Assembly (NCBI RefSeq): GCF_009914755.1
Contig: NC_060940.1
Length of the DNA stretch: 64,000 nt
Reading direction: 5' to 3' (one strand)
Source of the DNA: the human T2T-CHM13v2.0 reference genome, Homo sapiens
Part shown: in pieces, positions 12,858 through 27,163 of the stretch
How positions within the stretch are numbered: the first letter of the stretch is position 1
How the letters are laid out: every line of letters starts with the position of its first letter
Made by a program: the position numbers and the translations under genes
Notes under the pieces: model-generated
The model's database searches: none
What the model was told of the DNA's origin: nothing
Seen by the model: only the letters and a program-made list of their open reading frames with translations

Positions 12858-15688
12858 ATTCGATTCCATTTGATGATGATTCCATTCGATTCCATTCGAT
12901 GATGATTCCATTTGATTCCATTTGATGTTGACTCTATTCGATTCTATTCAATGATGATTCCATTCGATTTCATTTGATGATTCTATTCGATTCCTTTCGA
13001 TGATTCTATTCCATTCCATTCGATGATGATTCAATTCTCTTCCATTGGATGATTCCATTTTATTCCATTCGACGATGACTCCATTTGATTCCATTCAATG
13101 ATGATTCCATTCGATTCCATTTGGTGATTCCATTTGATTCCATTCGACGGTGAGCAATTTGATTCAATTCCATAATGATTCCATTTGATTCAATTAGATG
13201 ATGTTTCCATTCGAATCCATTCGATGATGATTCCATTGGTATCCATTCGACGATGATTCCATATGAGTCAATTCGATGATGATTCCATGCGAGTCCGTTG
13301 GATGATAATTCCATTTGATTTCATTCAATCCTTCTATTAGATTCCATTTGATGATGATTCCATCTGAATCCATTCTCCGATTCCATTCGATTTCATTCGA
13401 TGCTTCTATTTGATTTCATTCGAAGATGATTCCTTTCAATTCCATTCATTAATTCCATTTGATTCCATTCGATGATGATTCCATCCGATTCCATTGGATG
13501 ATGATTCCATCGAGTCCATTCGATGATTCCGTTCTATTCCATTCTATGATTCCATTCGAGTCCATTCGATGATTCCATTCGATTCCATTCAGTGATGATT
13601 CCATTTGATTCCATCTGATGATGATTTCATTTGATTCCATTCGATGATGATTCCATTGGAGTCCATTGAATGATTCAATTCAATTCCATTCCATGTGGAT
13701 TCCATTCGAATTCATTCGATTATTCCATTCAAATCCCTTCGTTGATTCCATCTGATTCCACTTGACGATGATTCCATTCAAGTCCAATCGATGATTCCAT
13801 TCGGTTCCATTCAATGATTCCATTCGAGTCCATTTATGTATTATATTCGTGTCCACTTGATGATTCCATTCAATTCCATTTAATGATGATTCCATTTGAT
13901 TCCATTTGATGATTCAGTTCGATTCCTTACAATGATTCCCTACGATTCCTTTCTATGATGATTCCATTCGATTCCATTCATTGATGATTCCATTCGACTC
14001 CATTCGATGATGATTCCTTTCGATTCCATTTGACGATGTTTCCATTTGAGTCCATTCGATGATGATTCAATTCAGTTCTGTTCTATTATGAATCCATTCG
14101 ATTTCATTCAATGCTTCTATTTGATTCCATTCGACGATGATTCCATCTCTTTCCCTTCGATGTTTCCATTTGATTCCATTCAGTGATGATTCCATTTGAT
14201 TCCATCTGATGATGATTTCACTTGATTCATTTCAATGATGATTCCATTCAAGTCCATTCGATGATTCCATTGGAGTCCAAACGATCATTCCATTCGATTC
14301 CATTCAATGATGATTCCATTCATGTCCATTCAATGAATCCTTTCAATTCCATTCGATGATGACTCCATTCGAGTACATTCGATGATTCCATTTGATTCCA
14401 TTTGATGATGATTACATTCAATTCCATTCGAAGATGATTCCATTCAATTCCACTTGATGATGATTCCGTATGAATCCATTCGCTGATTATTCCATTCGAT
14501 TCCATTCATTGACGATGCCATTCGATTCCATTCAATGATGATTCTCTTCTATTCCATTCGATGATTCCGGTCGATTCCATTCGATGATGATTCCATTAGA
14601 TTCCATTCGATTGTTGCATTCGATTCCCTTCGATGATGATTCCTTTGAATTCCATTCTATTATGATTCCGTATGAATCCATTTGATGATTATTCCATTGG
14701 ATTCCTTTCGATGATGATTCCATTCGATTCCATTTGATGATGTTTCTCATGTATTCCATTTGATAATTCCTTTCAATTCCCTTCGATGATGATTCTTTCG
14801 AGTCAATTCGATGATTCTATTCCATTCCCTTCGATGATGATTCCATTTCACTCCATTCGATGATTCCATTCGATTCAATTTGGTGATGATTCAATTCGAT
14901 GACATTCGATGACTCCATTCAATTTCATTTGATGATGATTACATTCGAGTCCATTTGATGATTGTATTCCTTTCCTTTTGATGATTATTCCATTCGTGTC
15001 TATTCAAAGATTCCATTCTATTCCATTCAATGATGATTCCAATTGATTCCATTCAATGATTATGGCTATCGATTCCACTCGTTGATTCCATTTGATTCCA
15101 TTCGATGATTATTCCGTTAGATTCCATTAGGAGATTCCATTCGATTTTATTCAATGATTCCAATTGATTCCATTCAATGATGATTCCATTCGACTCCATT
15201 CAGTGATTCCATTTGAGTCCATTTGATGATTCCATTCGAGTCCATTTGATGATTCCATTCTTTTCCATTTGATGATGATTCCATTAGGGTCCATTCAATG
15301 ATTCCATTCGAGTCCATTCGTTAATGCCTTTCGAGTCCTTTTGATCACTACATTCGAGTCCATTCAATGATTCTATTCGATTCCATTCCATGATGATTCC
15401 ATTCGAGTTCATTCGATGATTGCATTCGAGTCCATTTGATGATTCCATAAGATTCCATTCGACAATGATTCCATTCGTGTCCATTTGATGATTCCATTCA
15501 TTTCCTATCGATGAAGATTCCATTCGAGTGTATTCGATGATTCCATTCAAATCCATTCGATGATGATTCCATTCCAGTCCATTCGATCATTCCACTTGAT
15601 TCCATTTGATGACTATTCCATTCAAATCCATTTGATGATTCCATTCGATTCCATTCGATGTTACCATTCGAGTATATACGATGATTCC
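12858..15688 (+). repeat. 2831-bp divergent HSat2 segment, copy 1
   Basis: Offset changes from 8006 (TGGATG 4841->12847) to 10837 (CACTCG 4851->15688). Flanked by a GATGATTCCA microhomology. Confidence 0.85.
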
Positions 15689-18600
15689 ACTCGATTCCAT
15701 TTGATGATTATTCCATTGGAGTCCACTTAGTGAATCCTTTAGATTCTACTCGAAGATGATTCCATTCGAGTCCATTCGATGATACCATTCAATTCCATTC
15801 GTTGATGCTTCCATTCAAGTGCATTCGATGATATCATTCGATTCCATTTGATGATAATTCCATTTGATTCCATGTGATGATTCTATTCCATTCCATTCAA
15901 TGATAATTCCATTCAATTCAGTGATTCCTCTGGACTCCATTTGATGATGATTCCATTCAATGATTCCATTCGATTCTATTCGAAAATGATTCCATTTGAA
16001 TCCATTTGATGATGATTCCATTCGATTCCATTTGATGATTCCATTCGATTCCATTCGACGATGATTCCATTCGATTCCATTTGATGATTCCATTCTATCC
16101 TATTCGATGATGATTCCATTCGATTCCATTCGATGATGATTGGATTCGATTCCATTTGATGATTTCATTTGATTCCATTCGATGATGATTTCGATCAATT
16201 CCATTCGATGATTCCATTCGATTCCATTCGATAATGATTACATCCGAGTCCATTCGATGATTCCATTTGAGCCCGTTCGATAATTCCATTTGAGTCCAAT
16301 CAATGATTCCATTCATTTCCATTCAATGATTCCATTCGAGTCCATTTGATCATTCCGGTAGGGTCCGTTCGATGTTGATTCCATTGGAGTGCATTCGATG
16401 ATTCCATTCGAGTCCATTTTAGGATTTGATTCGAGTCCTTTCGATGATTCCATTCGATTCCACTCGATGCGATGATGATTTCATTCGAGTCCATTCGACA
16501 CTTCCAATCGATTCCATTTGATGTTTCCATTCGAGTCCAATTGATGATGCCATTCAATTCCATTCGATGATGATTCCGTACGATTCCATTCTGTGATGAT
16601 TCCATGTGATTGCATTCAATGATGATTCCTTTCGATTGCATTCGATTATGATTCATTTCATGTTCATTCTATGGTTCCACAGGTTTCCATTCGTGTCCAT
16701 TGCATTATTCCATTCTATTCCATTTGATGATGATTCCATTCGATTCCATTCATTGGTGATTCCACTCAATTCCATTCAATGATTCCATTCCATTTCTTTC
16801 AACAATGATTCCATTAGTTTCTAATCGATGATCCACTTGATTCCATTTGACGATGATTCCATTCTTGTCCATTCGATTATTCCATTTGATTCCATATGAT
16901 GATGATTCCATTCGATTCCATACGATGATGATTCCATTCGAGTCCATTCAATGGTGATTCCATTCAATTCCATTCGATGATTCCTTTCGATTCCATTAGA
17001 TGATGATGGCATTCGATTCCTTTCAATCATTCCCTTTGATTCCACTCAAAGGTGATTTCATTCAAGTCCATTCGATAATTGCATTCGATTCCATTCTATG
17101 ATGATTCCATTGGAGTCCATTTGATGATTCCATTCAATTCAAGTCAATGATGATTCCATTCGATTCCATTCGATGATTCCATTGGATTCCATTCGATGAT
17201 GATTCCATTCAAATCCATTCGATAATTCAATTCACGTCCATTCGATGATGATTCCAATCGAATCCATTCAAAGATTCCATTCAATTCCATTCGATGATTC
17301 CCTTAGATTCCATTCGATGATTCCACTTGATTCCATTTACGATGATTCCATTCGATTCCATGTGATGATTCCATTCAATTCTATTCAATGATGTTTCCAT
17401 TTGATTCCATTCGACCATGATTGCCTTTGATTCCATTCAATGATTCCATTCGGTTCCGTTTGATGATGATTCCGTTCGATTCCATTTGATGATTCCATTT
17501 GATTCCATTGGATGAGTCCATTCGATTCCATTCGATGATTATTCCATTCGAGTGCATTAGATGATTCCATTCGAGTCCATTCGATGATTCCATTCGAGTC
17601 CATTCGATGATTCCATTCGATTCCATTCGATGTTGATTCTGTTCAAATCCATTCGATGATTCCACTCGATTCCATTCGATGACTCCATTTGATCCCATTC
17701 GATGATTTCCTTTGATTCCCTTTGATGATCATTCCATTTGATTCAATTCGGTGATTTCATTTGATTCCATTCAGTGATGTTTCCATTCGACTCCATTCGA
17801 TGATGATTCCATTCGACTCCATTCGATTATGATTTCATTCAATTCCATTCGATAATGATTCCCTTCGAGTCCATTCGATGATTCCATTCGATTCCATTCA
17901 ACGATGATTTGATTCGTGTCCATTCGATGATTCCATTTGATTCCACTTGATGATGATTCCATTCGAGTCCATTTGATGATTCCATTCAATTCCATACTCC
18001 GATGATTTCTTTTGAGCCCAGTCAATGCTTCCACTCGATTCCATATGATGATGACTCCATTCGATGAAATTCGATGATGATTCCATTCGCTTGCTTTCGA
18101 TGATGATTCCACTTGAGTCCGTTAGAAGATTCTATTCAATTACATTCCATGACGATTCCGTTCGAGTCCATTTGATGATTCCATTAGACTCCATTCGACG
18201 ATGATTCCATTCGATGTTATTCGATGATTCCATTCGATCTCATTCGATGATGATTCCATTCAACTCCATTCGATGTTTCCATTCGAGTTCATTCTGTTAT
18301 TCCATTAGATTCCATTCGATGATGATTCCATTCGATTCCATTTGATGATTGCATTCTATTTCATTTGATGATGATTCCATTCGAGTCCACTCTATGATTC
18401 CATTCGAGTCCATTTAATGAATCCATTGGTTTCAATTCTATGATGATTACATTGGATTCCATTCGTTGATGATTTCATTAGGTTCCATTCAATGATGATT
18501 CCATTCAATTCCTTTCAATGTTTCCATTCAATTCCATACGATGATGATTCCATTTGATTTGATTCGACAGTGAGCCATTCGATTCAATTCCATGATGATT

Positions 18601-21600
18601 CTATTTGATTCAATTGGTTGACATTTCCATTCGATTCCATTCGATAATGATTCCCTTTGATTCCATTCAAAGATGATTCCATTCTAGCCCATTCAATCAT
18701 TCCATTCGATTCTATTCAATGATGATTCCATTCATGTCGATTTGGTGATTCCATTTGACTTCATTTGATGGTGATTCCTTTCAAGTTCATTAGATGATTC
18801 CATTCGATTCCATTTGATGATGATCCCATTCGAGTCCATTCAGTGATTCCATTCGTTTCCATTCCATGATGATTCCATTCCATTCCATGCAATGATTCCA
18901 TTCGATTCCGTTTGATGATGATTTCATTCGAGTCCATTTGATGATTCCATTTGATTCCATTCGATGATGATTCCATTCGAGTCCATTCGATGATTCTATT
19001 CGAATCCATTTGATGATTTCTTTTGATTATAGTTGGTGATGATTCCATTGGAGTCCATTCAATGATTCCATTCGATTCCAATCGATGGTGATTCCATTAG
19101 AGTCCATTTAATGATTCCATTTGATTCCAGTCTCTGATGATTACATTCGAGTCCATACGATGATTCCACTCAATTCCATATGAGGATGATTCCATTCGAT
19201 TCCATTCGATGATTCCATTCTATTCTATTCAATGGTGATTCCATTCGAGTACATTAGATGATTCCATTCGATTCCATTCAATGATGATTCTATTTGTGTC
19301 CCTTAGATGATTCCACATGATTCCATTAGATGATGATACTATTTGAGCCCATCCAATGATTCCCTTCGATTCCATTCGATGAGGATTCCATTCGATTCAA
19401 TTCATTGGTGATTCTATTCAATTCAATTCTTTGATTCCATTCCATTCCATTCGACAATGATTCCATTCGATTTCTTTCGATGATTCCACTCGATTCCACT
19501 TGACATTGATTCCATTCGATTCCATTCAATGATTCCATTTGATTCCAGTGGATGATGATTGCCATCGATTCCATTCGATCACTCCATTCTATTCCATTTG
19601 ATGATGATTACATTCGATTCCATTTGATGATTCCATCTGATTCTATTCGAGGATTCCATTTGATTCCATTCGCTGATGATTCCATTCGAGTCCATTCGAT
19701 GATTTCATTCGAGTACATCCAATGATTCCATTCGAGTCCATTTGATGATTCCATTTGATTCCATTTGATTATGATTCTACTAGAGTCCATTCAATGACTC
19801 CATTCGAGTCCATTCAACAATTCCATTCGACTCCATTCGATGATTCCATTCGATTCCATTTGATGGTTCCATTCGAGTCCATTTAATCATTACAGTCGAG
19901 TCCATTTGGTGATTCCGCTGGATTTCCTTTGATAATGACACCATTCAATTACATTTGATGATGATCCCATTCAATTTCATTTGATGATGACTCCATTAGA
20001 GTCCATTCGATGATTTTATTCGAGTCCCTTCATTGATTCCATCCGATTTCATTGGATGATGACTCCATTCGAGTCCATTCGATGATTCCACTCGATTCCA
20101 TTAGATGATTCCATTGGAGTCCATTTGATTGTCCCATTTGATTCCATTCGATTCCTTTCGAAGATTATTCCATTTGAGTCCATTCGATGATGATTCCATT
20201 CCATTCCATTCGATGATTCCGTTTGATTCCATTCGATGATTCCCTTCGATTCCTATCTTTGATGATTCCATTCCATTCCATTCAATGATTCCATTCGAAT
20301 CTATTCCATGATGATTCCTTTCGATTCCATTCGCTGATGTTTCCGTTCAATTCCATTCGATGATGATTCCATTCGATTCCATTCATTGAGGATTCCATTT
20401 GATTCCATTCAATGATGATTCCATTCTATTCCATTCAAAGATTGCATTCAATTCCATTCAATGGTTATCCCATTAGAGTAAACTCAACGATTCCATTCAA
20501 TACCATTCGATGATGATTCCTTTTGAGTCCATTCAATGATTTCATTCAAGTCCATTTGATGATTCCTTTCAATTCCATTCTATGATGATTCCATTCGAGT
20601 CCATTCGATGATTCCATTCGATTGCATTCGATGATTCCATTATATTCCATTCAATGATGATTCCATTCCAGTCCATTCGATGATTCCATTAGAGTACATT
20701 TAATGATTGCTTTGTTTTCAATTCGAAGATGATTACATTCGATTCCATTCTATGATACCATTCGATTCCATTCAATGATGACTCCACTCAAATCCATTGG
20801 ATGATTCCATTCGTGTCCATTCAGTGATTTCATTAGAATCCATTCGAGGATGACTCCATTCGATTCCATTCGATGATTCCATTCAATTCCATTCGATGAT
20901 GATTCCATTCGAGTCCATATGATCATTCCATTTGATTTCATTCGATGATGATTCCATTCGATTCGATTCGACGATTCCATTCTATTCCATTCGATGATGA
21001 TTCCATTCGAGTCCATTCGATGATTCCATTCGAGTCCATTTAATGATTCCATTGGGTTCAATTCAATGATGATTACATTGGATTCCGTTCTATGATTCCA
21101 TTCAATTCCGTTCATTGACAATTTGATTCCATTCGATGATGATTCCATTTGAGTTCATTCGATGATTCTATTCGATTCTCTTCGATGGTGATTCAATTCT
21201 ATTATATTGGATGATTCCATTCGATTCCATTTGATGTTGATTCAATTCGATTCTCTTCGATGATGATTCCATTGGATTTCATTTGATGATTCTATTCCAT
21301 TCCATTCAATGATGATTCACTTCTCGTCCATTGGATGATTCCATTTCATTCCATTCGATGATGATTCCATTCGATTCCATTCGATGATTCCATTTGATTC
21401 CATTCGACGGTGAGCAATTCGATTCAATTCCATGATGATTCTATTTGATTCAGTTAGATGATGTTTCCATTCGAATCCATTCCATGATTATTCCATTCGA
21501 ATCCATTCGGCGATGATTCCATATGAGTCAATTCAATGATGATTCCATATGGGTCAGTTCGATGATAATTCCATTTGATTTCATTCGATGCTTCTATTCA

Positions 21601-21933
21601 ATTCCAGTCGATGATGATTCCGTTGGTGTCCATACGATGACTCCATTTGATTTCATTTGATGATGATTCCATTCGATTCCATTCGATGACTCCATTCTTT
21701 TCCATTCGATGATGATTCCATTCGAGTCCATTCGATGATTCCATTCGAGTCCATTTCATGATTCCATTGGGTTCAATTCGATGATGATTACACTGGATTC
21801 CATTCTATGATTCCATTCAATTCCATTCGTTGATGATTCGATTCCATTCAATCATGATTCCATTTGAGTTCATTCGATGATTCTATTCGATTCCGTTCGA
21901 TGGTGATTCAATTCTATTATATTGGATGATTCC

Positions 21934-24764
21934 ATTCGATTCCATTTGATGATGATTCCATTCGATTCCATTCGATGATGATTCCATTTGATTCCATTTG
22001 ATGTTGACTCTATTCGATTCTATTCAATGATGATTCCATTCGATTTCATTTGATGATTCTATTCGATTCCTTTCGATGATTCTATTCCATTCCATTCGAT
22101 GATGATTCAATTCTCTTCCATTGGATGATTCCATTTTATTCCATTCGACGATGACTCCATTTGATTCCATTCAATGATGATTCCATTCGATTCCATTTGG
22201 TGATTCCATTTGATTCCATTCGACGGTGAGCAATTTGATTCAATTCCATAATGATTCCATTTGATTCAATTAGATGATGTTTCCATTCGAATCCATTCGA
22301 TGATGATTCCATTGGTATCCATTCGACGATGATTCCATATGAGTCAATTCGATGATGATTCCATGCGAGTCCGTTGGATGATAATTCCATTTGATTTCAT
22401 TCAATCCTTCTATTAGATTCCATTTGATGATGATTCCATCTGAATCCATTCTCCGATTCCATTCGATTTCATTCGATGCTTCTATTTGATTTCATTCGAA
22501 GATGATTCCTTTCAATTCCATTCATTAATTCCATTTGATTCCATTCGATGATGATTCCATCCGATTCCATTGGATGATGATTCCATCGAGTCCATTCGAT
22601 GATTCCGTTCTATTCCATTCTATGATTCCATTCGAGTCCATTCGATGATTCCATTCGATTCCATTCAGTGATGATTCCATTTGATTCCATCTGATGATGA
22701 TTTCATTTGATTCCATTCGATGATGATTCCATTGGAGTCCATTGAATGATTCAATTCAATTCCATTCCATGTGGATTCCATTCGAATTCATTCGATTATT
22801 CCATTCAAATCCCTTCGTTGATTCCATCTGATTCCACTTGACGATGATTCCATTCAAGTCCAATCGATGATTCCATTCGGTTCCATTCAATGATTCCATT
22901 CGAGTCCATTTATGTATTATATTCGTGTCCACTTGATGATTCCATTCAATTCCATTTAATGATGATTCCATTTGATTCCATTTGATGATTCAGTTCGATT
23001 CCTTACAATGATTCCCTACGATTCCTTTCTATGATGATTCCATTCGATTCCATTCATTGATGATTCCATTCGACTCCATTCGATGATGATTCCTTTCGAT
23101 TCCATTTGACGATGTTTCCATTTGAGTCCATTCGATGATGATTCAATTCAGTTCTGTTCTATTATGAATCCATTCGATTTCATTCAATGCTTCTATTTGA
23201 TTCCATTCGACGATGATTCCATCTCTTTCCCTTCGATGTTTCCATTTGATTCCATTCAGTGATGATTCCATTTGATTCCATCTGATGATGATTTCACTTG
23301 ATTCATTTCAATGATGATTCCATTCAAGTCCATTCGATGATTCCATTGGAGTCCAAACGATCATTCCATTCGATTCCATTCAATGATGATTCCATTCATG
23401 TCCATTCAATGAATCCTTTCAATTCCATTCGATGATGACTCCATTCGAGTACATTCGATGATTCCATTTGATTCCATTTGATGATGATTACATTCAATTC
23501 CATTCGAAGATGATTCCATTCAATTCCACTTGATGATGATTCCGTATGAATCCATTCGCTGATTATTCCATTCGATTCCATTCATTGACGATTCCATTCG
23601 ATTCCATTCAATGATGATTCTCTTCTATTCCATTCGATGATTCCGGTCGATTCCATTCGATGATGATTCCATTAGATTCCATTCGATTGTTGCATTCGAT
23701 TCCCTTCGATGATGATTCCTTTGAATTCCATTCTATTATGATTCCGTATGAATCCATTTGATGATTATTCCATTGGATTCCTTTCGATGATGATTCCATT
23801 CGATTCCATTTGATGATGTTTCTCATGTATTCCATTTGATAATTCCTTTCAATTCCCTTCGATGATGATTCTTTCGAGTCAATTCGATGATTCTATTCCA
23901 TTCCCTTCGATGATGATTCCATTTCACTCCATTCGATGATTCCATTCGATTCAATTTGGTGATGATTCAATTCGATGACATTCGATGACTCCATTCAATT
24001 TCATTTGATGATGATTACATTCGAGTCCATTTGATGATTGTATTCCTTTCCTTTTGATGATTATTCCATTCGTGTCTATTCAAAGATTCCATTCTATTCC
24101 ATTCAATGATGATTCCAATTGATTCCATTCAATGATTATGGCTATCGATTCCACTCGTTGATTCCATTTGATTCCATTCGATGATTATTCCGTTAGATTC
24201 CATTAGGAGATTCCATTCGATTTTATTCAATGATTCCAATTGATTCCATTCAATGATGATTCCATTCGACTCCATTCAGTGATTCCATTTGAGTCCATTT
24301 GATGATTCCATTCGAGTCCATTTGATGATTCCATTCTTTTCCATTTGATGATGATTCCATTAGGGTCCATTCAATGATTCCATTCGAGTCCATTCGTTAA
24401 TGCCTTTCGAGTCCTTTTGATCACTACATTCGAGTCCATTCAATGATTCTATTCGATTCCATTCCATGATGATTCCATTCGAGTTCATTCGATGATTGCA
24501 TTCGAGTCCATTTGATGATTCCATAAGATTCCATTCGACAATGATTCCATTCGTGTCCATTTGATGATTCCATTCATTTCCTATCGATGAAGATTCCATT
24601 CGAGTGTATTCGATGATTCCATTCAAATCCATTCGATGATGATTCCATTCCAGTCCATTCGATCATTCCACTTGATTCCATTTGATGACTATTCCATTCA
24701 AATCCATTTGATGATTCCATTCGATTCCATTCGATGTTACCATTCGAGTATATACGATGATTCC
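21934..24764 (+). repeat. 2831-bp divergent HSat2 segment, copy 2
   Basis: ORFs at 13060, 13449, 13680, 14320, 14532 and 15284 recur with identical translations at +9076. Confidence 0.88.
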
Positions 24765-27163
24765 ACTCGATTCCATTTGATGATTATTCCATTGGAGTCC
24801 ACTTAGTGAATCCTTTAGATTCTACTCGAAGATGATTCCATTCGAGTCCATTCGATGATACCATTCAATTCCATTCGTTGATGCTTCCATTCAAGTGCAT
24901 TCGATGATATCATTCGATTCCATTTGATGATAATTCCATTTGATTCCATGTGATGATTCTATTCCATTCCATTCAATGATAATTCCATTCAATTCAGTGA
25001 TTCCTCTGGACTCCATTTGATGATGATTCCATTCAATGATTCCATTCGATTCTATTCGAAAATGATTCCATTTGAATCCATTTGATGATGATTCCATTCG
25101 ATTCCATTTGATGATTCCATTCGATTCCATTCGACGATGATTCCATTCGATTCCATTTGATGATTCCATTCTATCCTATTCGATGATGATTCCATTCGAT
25201 TCCATTCGATGATGATTGGATTCGATTCCATTTGATGATTTCATTTGATTCCATTCGATGATGATTTCGATCAATTCCATTCGATGATTCCATTCGATTC
25301 CATTCGATAATGATTACATCCGAGTCCATTCGATGATTCCATTTGAGCCCGTTCGATAATTCCATTTGAGTCCAATCAATGATTCCATTCATTTCCATTC
25401 AATGATTCCATTCGAGTCCATTTGATCATTCCGGTAGGGTCCGTTCGATGTTGATTCCATTGGAGTGCATTCGATGATTCCATTCGAGTCCATTTTAGGA
25501 TTTGATTCGAGTCCTTTCGATGATTCCATTCGATTCCACTCGATGCGATGATGATTTCATTCGAGTCCATTCGACACTTCCAATCGATTCCATTTGATGT
25601 TTCCATTCGAGTCCAATTGATGATGCCATTCAATTCCATTCGATGATGATTCCGTACGATTCCATTCTGTGATGATTCCATGTGATTGCATTCAATGATG
25701 ATTCCTTTCGATTGCATTCGATTATGATTCATTTCATGTTCATTCTATGGTTCCACAGGTTTCCATTCGTGTCCATTGCATTATTCCATTCTATTCCATT
25801 TGATGATGATTCCATTCGATTCCATTCATTGGTGATTCCACTCAATTCCATTCAATGATTCCATTCCATTTCTTTCAACAATGATTCCATTAGTTTCTAA
25901 TCGATGATCCACTTGATTCCATTTGACGATGATTCCATTCTTGTCCATTCGATTATTCCATTTGATTCCATATGATGATGATTCCATTCGATTCCATACG
26001 ATGATGATTCCATTCGAGTCCATTCAATGGTGATTCCATTCAATTCCATTCGATGATTCCTTTCGATTCCATTAGATGATGATGGCATTCGATTCCTTTC
26101 AATCATTCCCTTTGATTCCACTCAAAGGTGATTTCATTCAAGTCCATTCGATAATTGCATTCGATTCCATTCTATGATGATTCCATTGGAGTCCATTTGA
26201 TGATTCCATTCAATTCAAGTCAATGATGATTCCATTCGATTCCATTCGATGATTCCATTGGATTCCATTCGATGATGATTCCATTCAAATCCATTCGATA
26301 ATTCAATTCACGTCCATTCGATGATGATTCCAATCGAATCCATTCAAAGATTCCATTCAATTCCATTCGATGATTCCCTTAGATTCCATTCGATGATTCC
26401 ACTTGATTCCATTTACGATGATTCCATTCGATTCCATGTGATGATTCCATTCAATTCTATTCAATGATGTTTCCATTTGATTCCATTCGACCATGATTGC
26501 CTTTGATTCCATTCAATGATTCCATTCGGTTCCGTTTGATGATGATTCCGTTCGATTCCATTTGATGATTCCATTTGATTCCATTGGATGAGTCCATTCG
26601 ATTCCATTCGATGATTATTCCATTCGAGTGCATTAGATGATTCCATTCGAGTCCATTCGATGATTCCATTCGAGTCCATTCGATGATTCCATTCGATTCC
26701 ATTCGATGTTGATTCTGTTCAAATCCATTCGATGATTCCACTCGATTCCATTCGATGACTCCATTTGATCCCATTCGATGATTTCCTTTGATTCCCTTTG
26801 ATGATCATTCCATTTGATTCAATTCGGTGATTTCATTTGATTCCATTCAGTGATGTTTCCATTCGACTCCATTCGATGATGATTCCATTCGACTCCATTC
26901 GATTATGATTTCATTCAATTCCATTCGATAATGATTCCCTTCGAGTCCATTCGATGATTCCATTCGATTCCATTCAACGATGATTTGATTCGTGTCCATT
27001 CGATGATTCCATTTGATTCCACTTGATGATGATTCCATTCGAGTCCATTTGATGATTCCATTCAATTCCATACTCCGATGATTTCTTTTGAGCCCAGTCA
27101 ATGCTTCCACTCGATTCCATATGATGATGACTCCATTCGATGAAATTCGATGATGATTCCATT

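Larger units (their letters stand above)
7251..18087 (+). repeat. Higher-order unit, long form, 10837 bp
   Basis: Landmarks at 7251 and 18088; ORF 4978->15815 offset 10837. Contains extra segments at ~9935-10695, ~10790-11810, ~12608-12703 and ~12858-15688. Confidence 0.88.

Noticed and set aside
9935-15688. Extra segments as transposon or viral insertions
   Set aside because: They follow the same satellite grammar, with no poly(A), LTR, TIR or non-satellite sequence.
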